From positions 894 through 64,893 of the forward strand of contig VAWP01000051.1 of the NCBI GenBank assembly GCA_005888295.1: a DNA stretch of 64,000 nucleotides, given 5' to 3'. This document shows positions 25,988-35,142 of the stretch, in pieces. Source of the stretch: Actinomycetota bacterium (lineage in GTDB: Bacteria; Actinomycetota; Acidimicrobiia; Acidimicrobiales; AC-9). The position numbers and the translations under genes were made by a program. Under the pieces are notes generated by a model that saw only the letters and a program-made list of their open reading frames with translations, was not told the origin of the DNA and did no database searches. Position 1 is the first letter of the stretch. Every line of letters begins with the position of its first letter.

Positions 25988-27914
25988 GGGTCTCCTCCTC
26001 CCGCGCCTGGTCGGACGGCGCCGGCTCGAGCTCCGGCGCGCCCGCTGGTCTCGGCGCCGCTCCCCGCGCCGCCCACCACCTGCGGAGCCCGTCACCCGCC
26101 GGCGCCAGCTGGCTCATGATGCCGTCCGGGTTCCTCGCCAGCCCGAGGGCGCCCAACCCGATGGCCAGGAACTGCAGGCTGGGGATGCCGGGCACGTGGG
26201 ACTGGATCACCGGGAACAGGGCGTAGGTGAGCCCGGCGAGGAGCACGCCCGTGACCGAGTCGACGCCCCAGATGGCCAGCAGGAGGAGCAGGGAGAGGCT
26301 GGCGAGCATCGTGAAGTCGTTGCTTCCGACCGAGCCGCGAAGACCGCCGTAGAGCACTCCGGCCGCCCCGGCCAGCCCGGCGGAGAGCGTGAACACGGCC
26401 AGCTTGGTCCAGGCAATGTTCATCCCGAGGGTGGCGCAGGCCGCGGCGCTGTCGGACATGGCCGCCAGCCGGCGACCGAAGGACGCCCGTCGCAGTGCGA
26501 GGACCCCGACAGCGGCGGCGGCGAAGACCGCGGCACAGGCCATCAGGAAGGCGCGGTCGCTCTCGAGCGAGATGCCCGGCAGGTGGAACCGGGCCACCGC
26601 CAGGGCTCCGCCCTGGCCGAACACGTTGTTGTTGTCGAAGAAGACGTAGACCATGGCCTGGGCGAAGGCGACCGTGGTCAACGCCAGGTACAGTCCCCGA
26701 ACCCGTAGGGTCAGCAGCGCCACCAGGGCGCCGGTGCCCGCGCTCAGGCCGACGGCGGCGAGCACGCCGAGCAGCGAGCCGCCATGGCCGAGCTGGCCCA
26801 TGGCGAACGCGCCGAGGCCCACGAAGGTCAGCTGCGCAGCCGAGATCTGGCCTCCGTACCCCGTGAGCACGAGCAGCGACAGCAGGACGAGCGCCACCAC
26901 CAGCCCCTCGCCGGCGGTGATCAGGTTCGTCACCGACAGGTGTCCCGAGACGACCCAGGCCAGCACCACGAACACCCCGGCAGCGATGAGCGTGGTGCGC
27001 AGCGCCGGGACCCGGGTCGTGCGCCGCCCGGCCGCCCGGCCCACCCGCAGGCGGTCCTGGGGCAGTATCAGCAGGACGACGAACAGGAAGATCATCGGCA
27101 GGGTCGGTCGGATCTGGCTGAGCAGGCTCCCGGGGACGTAGCCGACGGCGTACGACTCGAACAGGCCGAGGAGCAGACCACCCGCGAACGTGAGGGGGAG
27201 GTTGCGCAGCCGGCCGACGATGGCGGCGGCGTAGCCGTTGATGACGAGCAGGGTCAGCAGCAGGATGTCGAGCGTCACCAGGGGGGCGAGCAGGATCCCC
27301 GCCAGGGAGGCCAGCATGGCGCCGATGGCCCAGCCCATCGAGCGCACCCGAGCGGGCGGGGCGCCGTTGAGGGCTGCCAGCCCCGGGTCGTCGACCACGG
27401 CCCGCAGCGCGATGCCCGACCGGGTGCGGTACAGGAACAGCCGCAGCCCGATCGCCACGACCACGGCGATGACCACAACGATGATCTGGTGATAGGTGAC
27501 GACGACGCCGAGCACGCTCACCTCGTGGCCGGCGAAGAACTTGGGGATCGTCCGGGGGAACCCGGGGTCCCAGCGCGTCTCGGCCAGGCCCAGGAGGAAC
27601 AGCATCAGGCCCAGGGTGATCACCAGCCTGATCACCTCGGGCTTGCCGTGCAGGTTGCGCATCAGCACCCGGTCGATGAGCAGGCCCATCAGGGGAGCCA
27701 GCACGAACAGGACGAACAGCAGGGCCAGCGGCACGGGCCAGTGGTCCTGGACGGTCAGCTCCCAGAAGGCGAAGGCGGCCACCATGCCGATGGCGCCGTG
27801 GGCGAAGTTGAGGATCCCCGAGGTGATGTAGGTGACGACCAGCCCTGTGGAGGTGAGGGCGTAGATGCACCCCACGACGATGCCGACGATGGTGAACGAC
27901 AGGAATGTGGTCAC
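25968..27914 (-). CDS. fused LivH-LivM type ABC permease
   Basis: 648 aa. The N-terminal half starts MTTFLSFTIVGIVVGCIYALTSTGLVVTY (LivH-like) and the second half is a LivM-like multi-TM domain. Confidence 0.85.
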   Translation of the reverse strand: MTTFLSFTIVGIVVGCIYALTSTGLVVTYITSGILNFAHGAIGMVAAFAFWELTVQDHWPVPLALLFVLFVLAPLMGLLIDRVLMRNLHGKPEVIRLVITLGLMLFLLGLAETRWDPGFPRTIPKFFAGHEVSVLGVVVTYHQIIVVVIAVVVAIGLRLFLYRTRSGIALRAVVDDPGLAALNGAPPARVRSMGWAIGAMLASLAGILLAPLVTLDILLLTLLVINGYAAAIVGRLRNLPLTFAGGLLLGLFESYAVGYVPGSLLSQIRPTLPMIFLFVVLLILPQDRLRVGRAAGRRTTRVPALRTTLIAAGVFVVLAWVVSGHLSVTNLITAGEGLVVALVLLSLLVLTGYGGQISAAQLTFVGLGAFAMGQLGHGGSLLGVLAAVGLSAGTGALVALLTLRVRGLYLALTTVAFAQAMVYVFFDNNNVFGQGGALAVARFHLPGISLESDRAFLMACAAVFAAAAVGVLALRRASFGRRLAAMSDSAAACATLGMNIAWTKLAVFTLSAGLAGAAGVLYGGLRGSVGSNDFTMLASLSLLLLLAIWGVDSVTGVLLAGLTYALFPVIQSHVPGIPSLQFLAIGLGALGLARNPDGIMSQLAPAGDGLRRWWAARGAAPRPAGAPELEPAPSDQAREEETLAGVAG

Positions 27915-27920
27915 GGCGGA

Positions 27921-29396
27921 TCAGCCGGCGCTGAAGTACGAGCCATCGCACCGGAAGGCGTTGGGCGGATCGTCGACCCGGGTGAAGTGGCCGCCCGTGA
28001 CCTTGACCATCAGGTAGCAGACCGGCGGCCCCTTGCCGGCGGGGTCGCCGGGCGCGAGGAACCCGTTGTCGTTGAACTGGTGGACGTTCTTGAGCGCGGC
28101 CTGCAACGAGGCGCGGGTGGCGCGGGGACCCGCCGCCTGGAGCGCCTGCACGAACAGCCGGGCCGAGGACCAGCCGTAGGCGGCGAACAGGTCGGCGTTG
28201 GCGTTGGGGTGGGTGCGGTGCATCCAGGTCTGGAACTGCCCGACCTCGGGGATGCCACCGGAGTCCTCACCCAGGTACATGGCGGTCGGCAGGTACACCA
28301 GGCTGCCCTCGCCGGCGCTGCCGACGAGGGGGTTGTAGGTCGAGTCGTAGGCGGAGGCACCGAGCAGCCACACCGCTGGATGCCAGTTCTGCTGCTGGGC
28401 GGCCTGCTGGATGCGGGCGATGCCCTTCACGTCGGCGGCGATCAGCACCACGAGCTTCACGCCCTTGGACTTCATCTGGACGATGTCGGCCGTGAAGTCG
28501 GTCTCGGTCGGCTCGTAGACGCGCTGGTAGGAGAAGTGGTACCCGAGCGACTGCATGGTGGCCTGCTCGCCGACCCAGGCGTCCTTGGCCGACTGCACGT
28601 CGCCGATCAGGGAGCCGGCCGACCCGACGGCGTCCGGGTGCAGCCCCTTCACGTACTGGAACGGCCCGGTCGCGGCGCCGTTCCGCAGCGGTGAGGGCGA
28701 GAAGCCATTGGCCTCGGCCTGGGCGTCCTTCGAGAGGGCGACGTGGACGTCGGACAGGCCCGGGTTCTGGCTGATGACCTGGGCCCCGCAGTTGTCGAAC
28801 AGCGAGAAGGACCCCACGAAGGCGAACACCTTGGGGACGTCGGACTGCGTCTGGGCCTTGTTCTGTCCGCAGTCGAACTGGTCGTCGCTTGCCGCCAGCT
28901 TGAGCTGGCGGCCGAACACGCCACCCTGGCTGTTCTGGTAGGCGAAGAACGCGTCGCTGCCGTTCACGGCGCCGGCGAACAGGCCGGGCACGGGGCCGGT
29001 GAGGGTGGAGATGTTGCCCAGCGTGATGGCGTTGCCGGTGACCCCGATGTCGGTGGCGCCACCGTTGCCTCCAGGCGGCAAGGCGAAGGCCCCGCCGCCC
29101 CCACCGCCCCCGCCGCCGGCGGCTCCGCCCGCTCCCGTCGCGCCACCCGCAGCGCCGCCCGTCAGCGGGCCGTTCGCAGAGGCCGCCGCCGTGCCGGCGC
29201 CGCCGGGACCGACGCCGCCGGTTCCCGAGGACCCCTGACCGCCGGCGTTGAGCCCCGTGCCTCCGTTGGTGCCGAGGGCCTGGGCCAGCTGGCGGGGGCT
29301 CAGCCTGGCACCGCAGCTGGTGAGGAGCAGGGCGACGACGGCGGTGGCACAGGCAGCGACCCGGCTCGACCGCATCCACGGCCTCCTGATGCCCAT
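27921..29396 (-). CDS. ABC transporter substrate-binding lipoprotein (Leu/Ile/Val-binding family)
   Basis: Lipobox LLLTSC, a ~90-aa Gly/Ala-rich linker and then a type I periplasmic binding fold. First gene of the liv-type operon. Confidence 0.8.
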   Translation of the reverse strand: MGIRRPWMRSSRVAACATAVVALLLTSCGARLSPRQLAQALGTNGGTGLNAGGQGSSGTGGVGPGGAGTAAASANGPLTGGAAGGATGAGGAAGGGGGGGGGAFALPPGGNGGATDIGVTGNAITLGNISTLTGPVPGLFAGAVNGSDAFFAYQNSQGGVFGRQLKLAASDDQFDCGQNKAQTQSDVPKVFAFVGSFSLFDNCGAQVISQNPGLSDVHVALSKDAQAEANGFSPSPLRNGAATGPFQYVKGLHPDAVGSAGSLIGDVQSAKDAWVGEQATMQSLGYHFSYQRVYEPTETDFTADIVQMKSKGVKLVVLIAADVKGIARIQQAAQQQNWHPAVWLLGASAYDSTYNPLVGSAGEGSLVYLPTAMYLGEDSGGIPEVGQFQTWMHRTHPNANADLFAAYGWSSARLFVQALQAAGPRATRASLQAALKNVHQFNDNGFLAPGDPAGKGPPVCYLMVKVTGGHFTRVDDPPNAFRCDGSYFSAG

Positions 29397-29627
29397 CTGC
29401 TCCCCGCCTCCCAGCGCAAGCGCCCTATCTGGCCGACGTTACCATTTGCCCGATTTGACCAGGTCGGATGGCGGAGCACCGGGCTCGGCCCCGCCACGTC
29501 GACGCCGTGGCTGACGACGTGTCAGGAACCTGCCCGATTGGTTCGACGGACGGCGGGTGATGCCCTCCCGATTGGCGGCGTTTTGTGCAGGTCCGGTGTG
29601 TCGCCGCCGCCGTGCGAGGATGCGTCC

Positions 29628-30422
29628 ATGCCCACGCTCGTCACGTTCCACGCCCACCCCGACGACGAGGCCATCGCCACCGCCGGCGTCATGGCGAAGG
29701 CGGCAGCCGAGGGTCATCGGGTCGTGCTCGTGACGGCGACGAGGGGCGAGCAGGGTGAGGTGGTCGAGGGGGTGCTGGAGGAGGGCGAGCCGCTGGCCGA
29801 GCGGCGCACGGCCGAGCTCGAAGCCGCCGCTCGGGTGCTGGGCGTCGCCCGCTGCGAGGTGCTGGGCTATCTCGACTCGGGGATGATGGGCACGCCGGAG
29901 AACGATCACCCGGAGTCCTTCTGGCGGGCGGATCTCGACGAAGCGGCCGGAAGGCTCGCCGCCATCCTGGCCGAGGAGCGGGCCGAGGTGCTCACCGTCT
30001 ACGACGACCACGGCACCTACGGCCATCCCGATCACATCCAGGTGCACCGCGTGGGAGTGCGCGCAGGGGAGATCGCCGGGGTGAGCAAGGTCTACGAGGC
30101 CACGATCAGCCGCGACCACGTCCGTCGGCTGGCGGCGGTCCGGCCGCCGGAGGTCGACGAGGCAGAGATGCCCGACCCCGACGCCATGGACCTCGGTGTC
30201 GCCGAGGAGCGCATCACCACGATCGTCGACGTCACCGCCTTCCTCGAGCAGAAGCGGCGGGCCATGGCCGTGCACGCCAGCCAGATCCCGGAGTCCTCGT
30301 TCTTCTTGTCGCTGCCGCCGGAGGCCTTCGCCGCCGCCTTCGGCCAGGAGTGGTTCATCCTTCGCGGCCGCACGACGGACGGCGCCGTCGAGCGCGATCT
30401 CTTCGACGGACTGGCGGGCTAG
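29628..30422 (+). CDS. PIG-L family (LmbE-like) deacetylase
   Basis: N-terminal TFHAHPDDEAIATAG (AHPDDE zinc motif) and HPDH further on. 264 aa. The track ORF upstream of 29628 is a shadow frame. Confidence 0.85.
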   Translation: MPTLVTFHAHPDDEAIATAGVMAKAAAEGHRVVLVTATRGEQGEVVEGVLEEGEPLAERRTAELEAAARVLGVARCEVLGYLDSGMMGTPENDHPESFWRADLDEAAGRLAAILAEERAEVLTVYDDHGTYGHPDHIQVHRVGVRAGEIAGVSKVYEATISRDHVRRLAAVRPPEVDEAEMPDPDAMDLGVAEERITTIVDVTAFLEQKRRAMAVHASQIPESSFFLSLPPEAFAAAFGQEWFILRGRTTDGAVERDLFDGLAG

Positions 30423-31690
30423 GAGCGGGGGCGGGTGAGGTCGGTCGCCTTGGTCATCCGGTTCGCCCGCACCTGACCGCTGCTCCTGGGCGAGACGTCC
30501 ACGTCGGCTGCCCCCGCCCGGAGGGCTCCGACCGTGCAGTCCTCGCGGGAGCGATGGGCGAAGGGCTCGAAGCGAAAGTGCCGCATCGCGTTGCGGTGCG
30601 TGATGCGCTCGATCTCGTCGTCCGTCACCCCGGCGAGCGACTTCATGAGCGTCTCCGGCGACTCGGGCCAGGTCGAGTCGGAGTGCGGGTAATCGCACTC
30701 CCACGTGATCGTGTCCAACCCGACGCGGTGCCGGGCGTCGACGCCGGCGGGATCGTCGATGAAGCAGGTGACGACTCGCTCACGGAAGACCTGGCTGGGC
30801 AGCTGGTCGCCGAAGTCCTGCCCGGTCCAGGCGTGGTGGCGCTGGTAGATCCAGTCGACGCGGTCGAAGAAGTACGGGATCCAGCCGATGCCGCCCTCGG
30901 AGAGGGCGAAGCGAAGGGACGGGAACTTTCGCAACACCGGCGACCACAGGAGGTCGGCGGCGCCCTGGACGATGTTGATCGGCTGGAGGGTGATCAATAC
31001 GTCGATCGGCGCGTCCGGCGCCGTGATCACCAGCGACGACGAGGACCCGATGTGCAGGCAGACGATCGTCCCCAGGTCCGAGCAGGCCGACCAGAAGGGG
31101 TCCCAGTGGTCGCTGTGCAGGCTCGGGAGCTTGAGCTTGGCCGGGTTCTCGGAGAACGACACGGCGTGGCAGCCCATGGCGTGCACCCGTCGCACCTCGT
31201 CGGCCATGGCCTCCGGATCCCAGATGGGTGGGATGGCGAGCGGGATGAACCGACCGGGATAGGTCCCGCACCACTCCTCGATGTGCCAGTCGTTGTAGGC
31301 CCGCAGCACGGCGAGGGAGACGTCGAGATCGCTCGCCCGGGCGAACAGCTGGCCGCACAGGTTGGGAAACGACGGAAAGCACATCGACCCGAGCACACCG
31401 TTGGCGTCCATGTCGCGCACGCGCTGGTGGATGTCGTAGCAGCCGGGCCGTATCTCCTCGAAGGCCGTCGGCTCGACCCCGTACTCCTCGGGCGGCCGCC
31501 CCGCCACGGCGTTGAGCCCGATGTTGGTGGCCTCCTTGCCGTCGTAGACCCACGCGTTGGTCCCGTCGTCTTTGCGCACGACCCGTGGAGCGAGCTCGGC
31601 CAGCCGCGCCGGTAGGCGGCCCTCGAACATGGTCGGCGGCTCGACTACGTGGTCGTCGACGCTCACGAGGATCAGGTCTTCGGTCTGCAC
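30419..31690 (-). CDS. amidohydrolase-2 family protein
   Basis: GTG start at 31690 with GGAGG 8 nt upstream. The N-terminus is LILVSVDDHVVEPP, and CDYPHSDSTWP is the amidohydrolase-2 C-terminal motif. Its stop overlaps the convergent PIG-L stop in a CTAG palindrome. Confidence 0.8.
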   Translation of the reverse strand: MQTEDLILVSVDDHVVEPPTMFEGRLPARLAELAPRVVRKDDGTNAWVYDGKEATNIGLNAVAGRPPEEYGVEPTAFEEIRPGCYDIHQRVRDMDANGVLGSMCFPSFPNLCGQLFARASDLDVSLAVLRAYNDWHIEEWCGTYPGRFIPLAIPPIWDPEAMADEVRRVHAMGCHAVSFSENPAKLKLPSLHSDHWDPFWSACSDLGTIVCLHIGSSSSLVITAPDAPIDVLITLQPINIVQGAADLLWSPVLRKFPSLRFALSEGGIGWIPYFFDRVDWIYQRHHAWTGQDFGDQLPSQVFRERVVTCFIDDPAGVDARHRVGLDTITWECDYPHSDSTWPESPETLMKSLAGVTDDEIERITHRNAMRHFRFEPFAHRSREDCTVGALRAGAADVDVSPRSSGQVRANRMTKATDLTRPRS

Positions 31691-31899
31691 GGGCGGTGCC
31701 TCCCACGTCCTCGCCGATACTGACGCTCGCGTCACCCTAGTCCGGCGCGGGCGGCTGGGCATTTGCGCTGTTCCACATCTCGTCGAAAGTGGGCGCCGCG
31801 ACCGAGGGCGCACCGGCCACTTTCGACCAGATGTGGAACCGCAGCACATCGACGGCCGCGCAGCGCGGGTCGCAGTGCCGCGTCCTACACTTCGCCGCC

Positions 31900-32946
31900 A
31901 TGGCCGCCCCCGTCCTGATCGGCATCCTGTACGACTTCCCTCAGGCCGACGGGGGAGCGGGGTTCGAGGAGGCCGTGCGGATCGGCATCGACGAGGTGGC
32001 CGCCAGCGGCCGGCTCGACCGGCCCGTGGAGCTCGTGCCCAGGCAGGCGCCCGGGCTGCCCGCCGGGTCGGCCCACGGCGTGGAGCAGGTGTTCGGGGAG
32101 CTGGCAGACACCGGCGTGTTGGCCGTCATCGGTCCGTCGATCAGCGACAACGGGCTCATCGTGAAGCCGCTGGCCGACGCCCGTGGGCTCCCGTGCATCA
32201 ACTACACCGGCGGTGAGATCACGCGCAGCGAGCACGTGTTCCACTATCAGGTGGGCTCGCTCGAAGAGGAGCCTGCCGTGATCGCCGAGCACCTCGCGCA
32301 GCGATCGCTCCGGTCGGCAGCGGTGATCCACGACCACTCGGCGGTGGGACGGCGCTACGCCGAGTTCTTTGCCGAGAACTGCGCCCGGCTGAACGTCGAG
32401 ATCGCCGGCACCGCCGCCGTCTCGTCGTTGAGCGAGGATCTCGGGCCGACCGTGGCGCGCCTTCGGGTCGGCGACCCCCAGGCGCTCGTCTACCTCGGCC
32501 TCGGTGTGGCCGCCCGACCGGTGGCCCTGGCCCTGGCCGACCAGGGCTGGGACCTACCGGTGGTGGCCAACTCCTCGCTCATGTTCGGCTACGCCCGGCC
32601 CGACTGGCGGGAGGCATGGGAGGGTTGGGCGTACGTCGACAACGTGGCCGACGACAACCGCGTGCGGGCCTCGTTGCGCGAGCGCTCGAAGCGGGCCGCC
32701 GCCGGTCCTCTCGGTCTCGCCGCCTACGACCTCGGGCGCCTGGTGTGCGAGGGCGTGGCCCGATCGGCGCACCTGACGCGTGACGGCGTGAGGGAAGGCC
32801 TGGAGCGGGTCAAGCGGCTCCCGGCCGCCAGTGGCCTCGACGGGACGACCATGGGCTTCGGCGCATGGGATCACGGTGCCCTCAAGGGGACGTACCTCGT
32901 CCTGCGCCGCTGGCAGGGGGGACGCTCCGTCCAGGTCGGGGGCTAG
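31900..32946 (+). CDS. type I periplasmic-binding-fold protein without a signal peptide (AmiC-like, cytoplasmic?)
   Basis: MAAPVLIGILYDFPQ... is followed by a Leu/Ile/Val-binding-protein-like fold. There is no hydrophobic N-terminal segment in any upstream in-frame extension. Confidence 0.6.
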   Translation: MAAPVLIGILYDFPQADGGAGFEEAVRIGIDEVAASGRLDRPVELVPRQAPGLPAGSAHGVEQVFGELADTGVLAVIGPSISDNGLIVKPLADARGLPCINYTGGEITRSEHVFHYQVGSLEEEPAVIAEHLAQRSLRSAAVIHDHSAVGRRYAEFFAENCARLNVEIAGTAAVSSLSEDLGPTVARLRVGDPQALVYLGLGVAARPVALALADQGWDLPVVANSSLMFGYARPDWREAWEGWAYVDNVADDNRVRASLRERSKRAAAGPLGLAAYDLGRLVCEGVARSAHLTRDGVREGLERVKRLPAASGLDGTTMGFGAWDHGALKGTYLVLRRWQGGRSVQVGG

Positions 32947-33254
32947 TCCCGCCGCTGGATGTAGATGGCGATACGGGCGATGCGCCCGGAATCGTCGAGA
33001 TCGAAGACCAGCGCCTCGGGAGTCTCGAGGGGAGCACCGTCCACGTCCATCGTCTCGCTCAGCTCGGCCACCACCACGGCGTCGCCGTAGGTGACCCGGG
33101 CCACGTTCATCGAGTAGTTGGCCAGCTGGGGCATGAGCTCGGCCAGGAACTGCACGTACCGGTCCCTTGGCGAGTACGTGTCCCCGAACGGCCCGACGCG
33201 CACGACGTCGGGCGTCAGGCAGCCGGCCACGCCGTCCCAGTCATGGCTGACCAA
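32943..33254 (-). CDS. SnoaL/NTF2-like protein (N-terminus possibly truncated)
   Basis: 103 aa from a TTG start. In-frame sequence just upstream (GVVERYLDR) looks like the missing first helix but has no start codon after the TAG stop. Confidence 0.55.
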   Translation of the reverse strand: MVSHDWDGVAGCLTPDVVRVGPFGDTYSPRDRYVQFLAELMPQLANYSMNVARVTYGDAVVVAELSETMDVDGAPLETPEALVFDLDDSGRIARIAIYIQRRD

Positions 33255-33482
33255 ACGATCGAGGTACCGCTCGACGACGCCCGTGCACGGAGGCTAACCG
33301 AGCGCCCGCTACCCCTCGACGGGGGAGCGTTTCACCCCAAACGTCCGCTGTGTGATCACACCGCTCATCACCCGATTGCACAGGGCGTGAGCGCCGCTCT
33401 ATGGTCTCAACCAGTCGGGGGGCATCGCAGCTCGCCTTCACTAGTTCGCCGCAGCTCCCATAGACCATTTGGAGGAGACGCG

Positions 33483-34379
33483 ATGGCTCAAGAGGTCAAC
33501 GCTCACCGACCCCTGGAGACCACGCTCACGAGTGATGCCCTCCTGCCGGAGCTCGTGGCCCACCTCCGCGAGAACCGCACTCCGCTGCGCGAGGAGTGGG
33601 CCCGGCGGATCACCAACGCCAACCTGCTGACGGCGATGACGCCCGAGGAGCTCTTCTCCGAGGCGACGTCGGTCTACGACAACTACGTCGAGGTGCTCGA
33701 GACGGGGAGCGTCGAAGCACTGCAGGACTACGCCCGCAACCTGTCCGAGCGGATCATTCCCCGGGGTGTCGAGACCGAGGAGGTCCTCGGCATCGTCCTG
33801 CTGCTGCGCGACGTCCTCGCCCGCTCGTTGTTCGAGAAGTACCAGAGCGACTTCGAGCTGCTGAACCGCGTCCTGGACGCCTACGAGCCGGCCGCCAACC
33901 GGATCGCCAACACCGTCGGTGTGAGCTTCGTCCAGGAGCGGGAGCGGATCATCCGCCAGCAGCAGGAGGCGATCCGTGAGCTGTCGACTCCGGTGCTGCA
34001 GGTCCGGGAGCGCTTGCTCATTTTGCCCATCATCGGCGTCCTGGACAGCCAACGAGCTCGCCAGGTAACAGAGCAACTGCTGCGGGGAATTCGTACCAAT
34101 AGGGCCAAGGTCGTCGTGATCGATATCACCGGTGTGCCTGCCATCGACTCGACGGTGGCCAACCACCTCGTGCAGACCGTCGAGGCGTCACGGCTCATGG
34201 GGGCCAGCGTCATCATCACCGGCCTCTCCTCCGAGATCGCCCTCACCCTGGTGACGATCGGCGTCGACCTCTCCAAGATGAACGCCGTCGGCGACCTCCA
34301 GGGCGGCATCGAGGAGGCGGAGCGCCTCCTCGGCTACGAGGTGAGCCGCAGCGCCGAGCCCGTCGCCGAGATGCGATAG
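33483..34379 (+). CDS. rsbR: stressosome sensor RsbR-like protein (N-terminal sensor domain plus STAS)
   Basis: ATG with GGAGGAG upstream. The C-terminal STAS block is LILPIIGVLDSQRARQVTEQLL...VVVIDITGVPAIDSTVANHL. The 298-aa length fits RsbR. Confidence 0.8.
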   Translation: MAQEVNAHRPLETTLTSDALLPELVAHLRENRTPLREEWARRITNANLLTAMTPEELFSEATSVYDNYVEVLETGSVEALQDYARNLSERIIPRGVETEEVLGIVLLLRDVLARSLFEKYQSDFELLNRVLDAYEPAANRIANTVGVSFVQERERIIRQQQEAIRELSTPVLQVRERLLILPIIGVLDSQRARQVTEQLLRGIRTNRAKVVVIDITGVPAIDSTVANHLVQTVEASRLMGASVIITGLSSEIALTLVTIGVDLSKMNAVGDLQGGIEEAERLLGYEVSRSAEPVAEMR

Positions 34380-34401
34380 GCCTGCGGATCGGACCGTCGC
34401 C

Positions 34402-34782
34402 GTGTCCGTCCCCATTCTCAAGCAAGGGACGTACCTGATCGCGTCCATCCAGTCGGCCATGACCGACAGCGAGGCGCTGTCGCTGCAGGACGACCTCATG
34501 GACCAGGTCAGCCGGTACCGCTCGAGGGGCATCATCGTCGACGTCACCGCCCTCGACGTGATGGACTCGTTCGCAGCCCGCTCGTTGCGGACGATTGCCC
34601 ACATGACGGACCTGCGGGGTGCGGTCACGGTCATCGTGGGGATCCAGGCCGAGGTGGCTTTCGCCATGGTTCAGCTCGGGATGAGCCTGGAGGACGTGCA
34701 CACCGCCCTGGACCTCGAAGAGGGCCTCGCGTTCCTGGACCAGCGGACCCGGATGTGGGGCGGCGACGGCCGTGGCGGATGA
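34402..34782 (+). CDS. rsbS: stressosome scaffold RsbS-like STAS protein
   Basis: 126 aa. VPILKQGTYLIASIQSAMTDSEA...IIVDVTALDVMDSFAARSL includes the conserved phosphorylatable Ser context DS. Confidence 0.8.
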   Translation: MSVPILKQGTYLIASIQSAMTDSEALSLQDDLMDQVSRYRSRGIIVDVTALDVMDSFAARSLRTIAHMTDLRGAVTVIVGIQAEVAFAMVQLGMSLEDVHTALDLEEGLAFLDQRTRMWGGDGRGG

Positions 34783-35142
34783 CCTCGTCATCCCGATCAC
34801 GACAGACAGTGACATCGTGGTCGCCCGGCAGAAGGGCCGGGAGCTGGCGGAGCGGATCGGCTTCTCGCGTCGCGCAACATCACCAGCTATGCCGGGCGGG
34901 GCGAGATCGTCTTTCGAATCGTCGACGGTGCCGGCCGCATCGGCATCCACATGGAGGCGCGCGACGACGGGCCAGGCATCGGCGACGTGCAGCGAGCCCT
35001 CGAGGACGGCTATTCCACCGCCGAGGGGATGGGCCTCGGCCTGCCCGGAGCCCGCCGCCTGATGGACGAGTTCGAGGTGCGCTCAGAGGCCGGTGTGGGG
35101 ACGACGGTGATCATGTGCAAGTGGGGGCCCGATCGTGGCTGA
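34772..35142 (+). pseudogene. rsbT: RsbT-like switch kinase, interrupted by an out-of-frame internal deletion
   Basis: The N-terminal 31 aa (MADDLVIPITTDSDIVVARQKGRELAERIGFS) are in one frame. The rest (RNITSYAGRGEIVF...DDGPGI...GLGLPGARRLMDEFEV...KW) is in another frame. About 14 residues between the two parts are missing relative to RsbT. Confidence 0.65.

Noticed and set aside
29040-29240. G/C-rich simple-sequence-like stretch
   Set aside because: It encodes the Gly/Ala-rich flexible linker after the lipobox of the substrate-binding lipoprotein. It is in frame and is not an independent repeat element.
33399-33468. 7-bp inverted repeat ATGGTCT … AGACCAT in the rsbR 5' region
   Set aside because: It is short and widely spaced with no supporting covariation. 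I also looked for a SigB-type GTTT-N14-GGGTAT promoter here and found none.
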